Shown here: piece after piece, positions 60,826-64,000 of the stretch
How positions within the stretch are numbered: the stretch's first letter is position 1
How the letters are laid out: every line of letters starts with the position of its first letter
DNA from: an uncultured bacterium
GTDB taxonomy: Bacteria > JAGOEH01
Direction: 5' to 3'
NCBI GenBank assembly: GCA_964632485.1
Contig: CAZWDO010000019.1
Coordinates: 1 to 64,000, forward strand
DNA length: 64,000 nt
Notes under the pieces: generated by a model
What the model saw: the letters and a program-made list of their open reading frames with translations, nothing else
Told to the model about the DNA's origin: nothing
Database searches by the model: none
Translations under genes and position numbers: made by a program

Positions 60826-63800
60826 CTATTTCTTGTAATCCATCAGTTTATCAGGATAGGCGATCCATAAACGCGGTTCAGACGAACCAAATACCCGATA
60901 GCCATGGGAACCTTCTTGCAGCGCCTGGGAATTAACCAGAGTTCCCAGTAAATTAAAGTAAAAAAGTTTATTGGTTTTGGCATCAAGCGCATAAATCAAT
61001 CCTTGCGAATCGTAAACCAAAGTAGTAGGCAAGGATAGTCCCTGCGCCCGGGCATCGCTCAATCCGTCGAAATCGATAGGGGCCTCGTTCAAAGCCGGTA
61101 GCATTGACAATTTTCCGCTTTGCTTTTCGATAAAGTAAACCGCGCCTTGATCACCGACACATCCCGTTAAAACTGAACTGCTTTGAAGATTGCCGTTTTC
61201 CCAGTTCAAGTTTCCGGCGCTCAGATCGGTTTTTTTGAGAACTTTAACGACTCCATCTTCTTGAATAAAATAAATCGATTGCGTATTCTGACCGAGTGAA
61301 ACCATATTAGAGATCGACGGTTTCAATTCATTGCCAAGTGGATCATTATCAACGGGCTGTCCCTTGGCGTCGTAAACGGCCAGGTTACCGGTTTGACGGT
61401 CTCCCACATAGACCATATCATTGTAGGCTAATAAAAGAGTGGGTTGGACAAATTGTTCGATGCTCAACGGAACTTTGGCTTCATTAATTTTTACCTGATA
61501 TCGGCATTGTTTATTCTTGGGCTGATACCAGATTTCTGCCTTAACCGTATTAAATTCAGCCATCGCTACCACACTATTCTCGCCCGCAGATTGCGGAGCG
61601 CCGGGGGTAAATGTAAACTTGGGCGAAAGCTTAATTTGCATCGTTGTATTTTGCGTCAGTTTAATCACGGCGCCATAATCGAAATTTGAATTCCCGCAGG
61701 ATATGGAAAGCCCGTATTTTGTACCGGCCATCAATCCATCGACAACTCCATTCATTCCGCTGATATCTTTTTCAGCTTCCACTTTACCGCTCATCAAATC
61801 CTTTACCGCAACGTGATGAGAATTGCACCCGCTGGTACTAAAATTAAGCGTCAAATTTACCGTTGTGGAAGGGGTGATAAAAGGCAACAAATTCACAGGA
61901 ATTTTAGGCATAAATCCATTTTTAACCATCATGTATTTGGCGATGGTGGCGCAAAAAATACCCATTGATTCATTGTAACCCATACCGTCAAAAGAATAGG
62001 AAGAACAGTCAAAATCACCTGTGGAAGCGGTTTGACCGCGATAATGGATTTTACAGGGTAAACAGCAGGAATTATTTTCACAGATCATCTGGAGTTTAGA
62101 GTTATAATTACAGGAAGGACTCCCCTGACAAACAACAGCCAAAGCGGCTGCTAATTGGCAACCCCGGGGATCGTTCCCAGAGCAACATAATTCATCGGCA
62201 ATTTTTAACGCTCCATCGCAGTTGATTTTCATTGTCGCATAGATCCGAGCGACCATCCAATCTTTGTACAATGGATCGGAATTACTCAAATTCATACCTT
62301 GCAGGACAGTGTAAGGCTTTTCCCAGGAAGCGATATTAAAACCGGCAGGCGCAACACCCCATTGCGTATTGGTTTTTTCTTCCAATAAATATTGATGATA
62401 GGCGCACCATATCTGCAACTCTTTTTTCTGATTCGGATTTAAATTTGATTTATAGGCAAAAATATAGCTGGACAGAAAAGCATCAATACAATATAAATTA
62501 CTTTTCTTCCCCTGGAAATTATCTTTAAGCTGAAGCAAATGCAGAAATGCATAGATTTGCGGCAGCAACTGGGTTTGATCAAAGTTATTCAGCACTCCTT
62601 TAAAAGGAGTTTCAATATCAGTAACAATCTGAGTTTGCAACATAGTAAATTGTGAGAAATTTTTACTATCGCGCATGGCGCTGACGGTCGCATTATTCGG
62701 GGCTTTATTTACTGCATTCAGCGCTTTAAGATAATTCTTTTCCATTTGGCTTAAAACGACGTTTTGCTGATCAGTCGGAGTGAACCCGGCGGTATTGCTT
62801 CCATTTAAAAATTGCGTCAGCGCCAAATAGAATTGGGCGTGAGTCTTCAACGCGAAATCCGCTTTTTGATTATTGGCAACGGAACTGAAGCGCGTTTCAG
62901 CAAGTCTTAAATAGGTAGTCGCGGTTCCCGCGCCGCCCAACCCGCGCAGGGCATAAATCAAGCCCTTTGCCCCCTCGAAAAACTGCATCAGATCATTTCC
63001 ATCCGAGGGAAAGGCTACATTCGAAGGAGTAAAAGAAGTGATCAACGCGGCCATTGCCCACAGAACATCGACTTCATCGCTAAACCCAGGACATTTAAAT
63101 TTCTTTAAATCATCGACCTTCGATGCCTGATCCTTCGCTAAATCCTTAGCTATCGTCAAATTCACTCCGGCAAATTGTACTTGCTCCATCAGATCGCTAT
63201 TCTTCATGGCGTTCAAGTTTAAGATTTTTTTTGACAGTAGATCAATATCATTTACAGGTACTTTAGACCCATCCAGGCAGGTGGTGGACATGGCCAAATC
63301 ACTCTGTATTTTATCAGACAATTGAAAAATACTATAAACCAATCCCAGATACTGATCCAATTCATCCTGACCCAACCGATAAGCATTCAATCCGGAATTC
63401 AATTGAGAGGGTTGAATATTCAAGCCTTCGCTTAAAATCCGCTTAAAAAGCAATAGTGAACCACTATAGGCAAAGCGCGGCAACGCTTCTTTTTGCTGGG
63501 TACGAAGTTCCGGCATTGTCGGATTCTGCCCGGCTAAATCCTTTAAAGCATCAAAGAATTCACGATAGGAAGGCTGATTGTCAATTTGTACCGAATAGAA
63601 CCAGGACCAAACATTGAGAAACGCCAGCCGGGTCTTATCGTCCGGATTGTTGTTGGCATTGCTGGCTAATTGCCGGATTTCATTACGAACCTGGCTGAAA
63701 TCGTTGCTGCCTCCACGATTCCGATAAAATTTAACAATCCCATCCGCAAATTTTATATAACAGCCATAAAGCTTCTTTTGAAATTCATCAAAAGAACCTG

Positions 63801-64000
63801 AAGTTACATTGCCAAACGCGTCGATGGTAGTAACTAGCTTTTGTTTTTTACTTTCCAAGTCGCTCAGATCATTCGTACCAGGTTCTTCAATGGAAGCAAC
63901 TGTTTTTAACTGGCCCACAAAAGCGCCGAAATCGTCCGCTGTCGCCTTGGAAAAAGACTGACCGCCGGATTGGGCCATGAGCGGGATGAGCAGGCATCCG
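60826..64000 (-). CDS. Large secreted protein (helical, Cys-rich, C-terminal NHL/beta-propeller-like); 5' end lies outside the window
   Basis: Frame open to the window edge (GCLLIPLMAQ); VYVGDRQ and LIYALDA..KLFYFN blades. Confidence 0.7.
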   Translation of the reverse strand, partial: GCLLIPLMAQSGGQSFSKATADDFGAFVGQLKTVASIEEPGTNDLSDLESKKQKLVTTIDAFGNVTSGSFDEFQKKLYGCYIKFADGIVKFYRNRGGSNDFSQVRNEIRQLASNANNNPDDKTRLAFLNVWSWFYSVQIDNQPSYREFFDALKDLAGQNPTMPELRTQQKEALPRFAYSGSLLLFKRILSEGLNIQPSQLNSGLNAYRLGQDELDQYLGLVYSIFQLSDKIQSDLAMSTTCLDGSKVPVNDIDLLSKKILNLNAMKNSDLMEQVQFAGVNLTIAKDLAKDQASKVDDLKKFKCPGFSDEVDVLWAMAALITSFTPSNVAFPSDGNDLMQFFEGAKGLIYALRGLGGAGTATTYLRLAETRFSSVANNQKADFALKTHAQFYLALTQFLNGSNTAGFTPTDQQNVVLSQMEKNYLKALNAVNKAPNNATVSAMRDSKNFSQFTMLQTQIVTDIETPFKGVLNNFDQTQLLPQIYAFLHLLQLKDNFQGKKSNLYCIDAFLSSYIFAYKSNLNPNQKKELQIWCAYHQYLLEEKTNTQWGVAPAGFNIASWEKPYTVLQGMNLSNSDPLYKDWMVARIYATMKINCDGALKIADELCCSGNDPRGCQLAAALAVVCQGSPSCNYNSKLQMICENNSCCLPCKIHYRGQTASTGDFDCSSYSFDGMGYNESMGIFCATIAKYMMVKNGFMPKIPVNLLPFITPSTTVNLTLNFSTSGCNSHHVAVKDLMSGKVEAEKDISGMNGVVDGLMAGTKYGLSISCGNSNFDYGAVIKLTQNTTMQIKLSPKFTFTPGAPQSAGENSVVAMAEFNTVKAEIWYQPKNKQCRYQVKINEAKVPLSIEQFVQPTLLLAYNDMVYVGDRQTGNLAVYDAKGQPVDNDPLGNELKPSISNMVSLGQNTQSIYFIQEDGVVKVLKKTDLSAGNLNWENGNLQSSSVLTGCVGDQGAVYFIEKQSGKLSMLPALNEAPIDFDGLSDARAQGLSLPTTLVYDSQGLIYALDAKTNKLFYFNLLGTLVNSQALQEGSHGYRVFGSSEPRLWIAYPDKLMDYKK

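Overview
The window has four parts. (1) 1-8.7 kb: host minus-strand surface-protein operon with a secreted DUF11/vWA protein ending in an FlgD-Ig sorting-type domain and a PorV-like barrel fused to TPR repeats. This suggests a non-Bacteroidota FCB-group-like host (inference). (2) 8760-43109: an apparently complete ~34.3 kb transposable (Mu-like) prophage. It has TG...CA ends with matching internal sites, a repressor, DDE transposase, MuB-like ATPase, Mor, Gam and GemA. Its head module is PBSX/P2-like (inverted portal, fused protease-capsid, gpP-type terminase) and its tail is non-contractile. It carries MuF-toxin/immunity, PIN and lipoprotein morons and is densely colonised by REP-like palindromes, many inserted in frame inside genes. 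(3) 43.15-55.7 kb: a complete BREX type 3 defence operon, bracketed together with the prophage by two IS21-like end remnants. (4) 55.8-64 kb: host genes, including an RpoN-family sigma factor with its own sigma54 promoter, an orphan ExbB/TolQ-family protein and a large secreted protein cut by the window edge. Several 10-N gaps break ORFs artificially. All protein family calls come from motif recognition by eye, not database searches.
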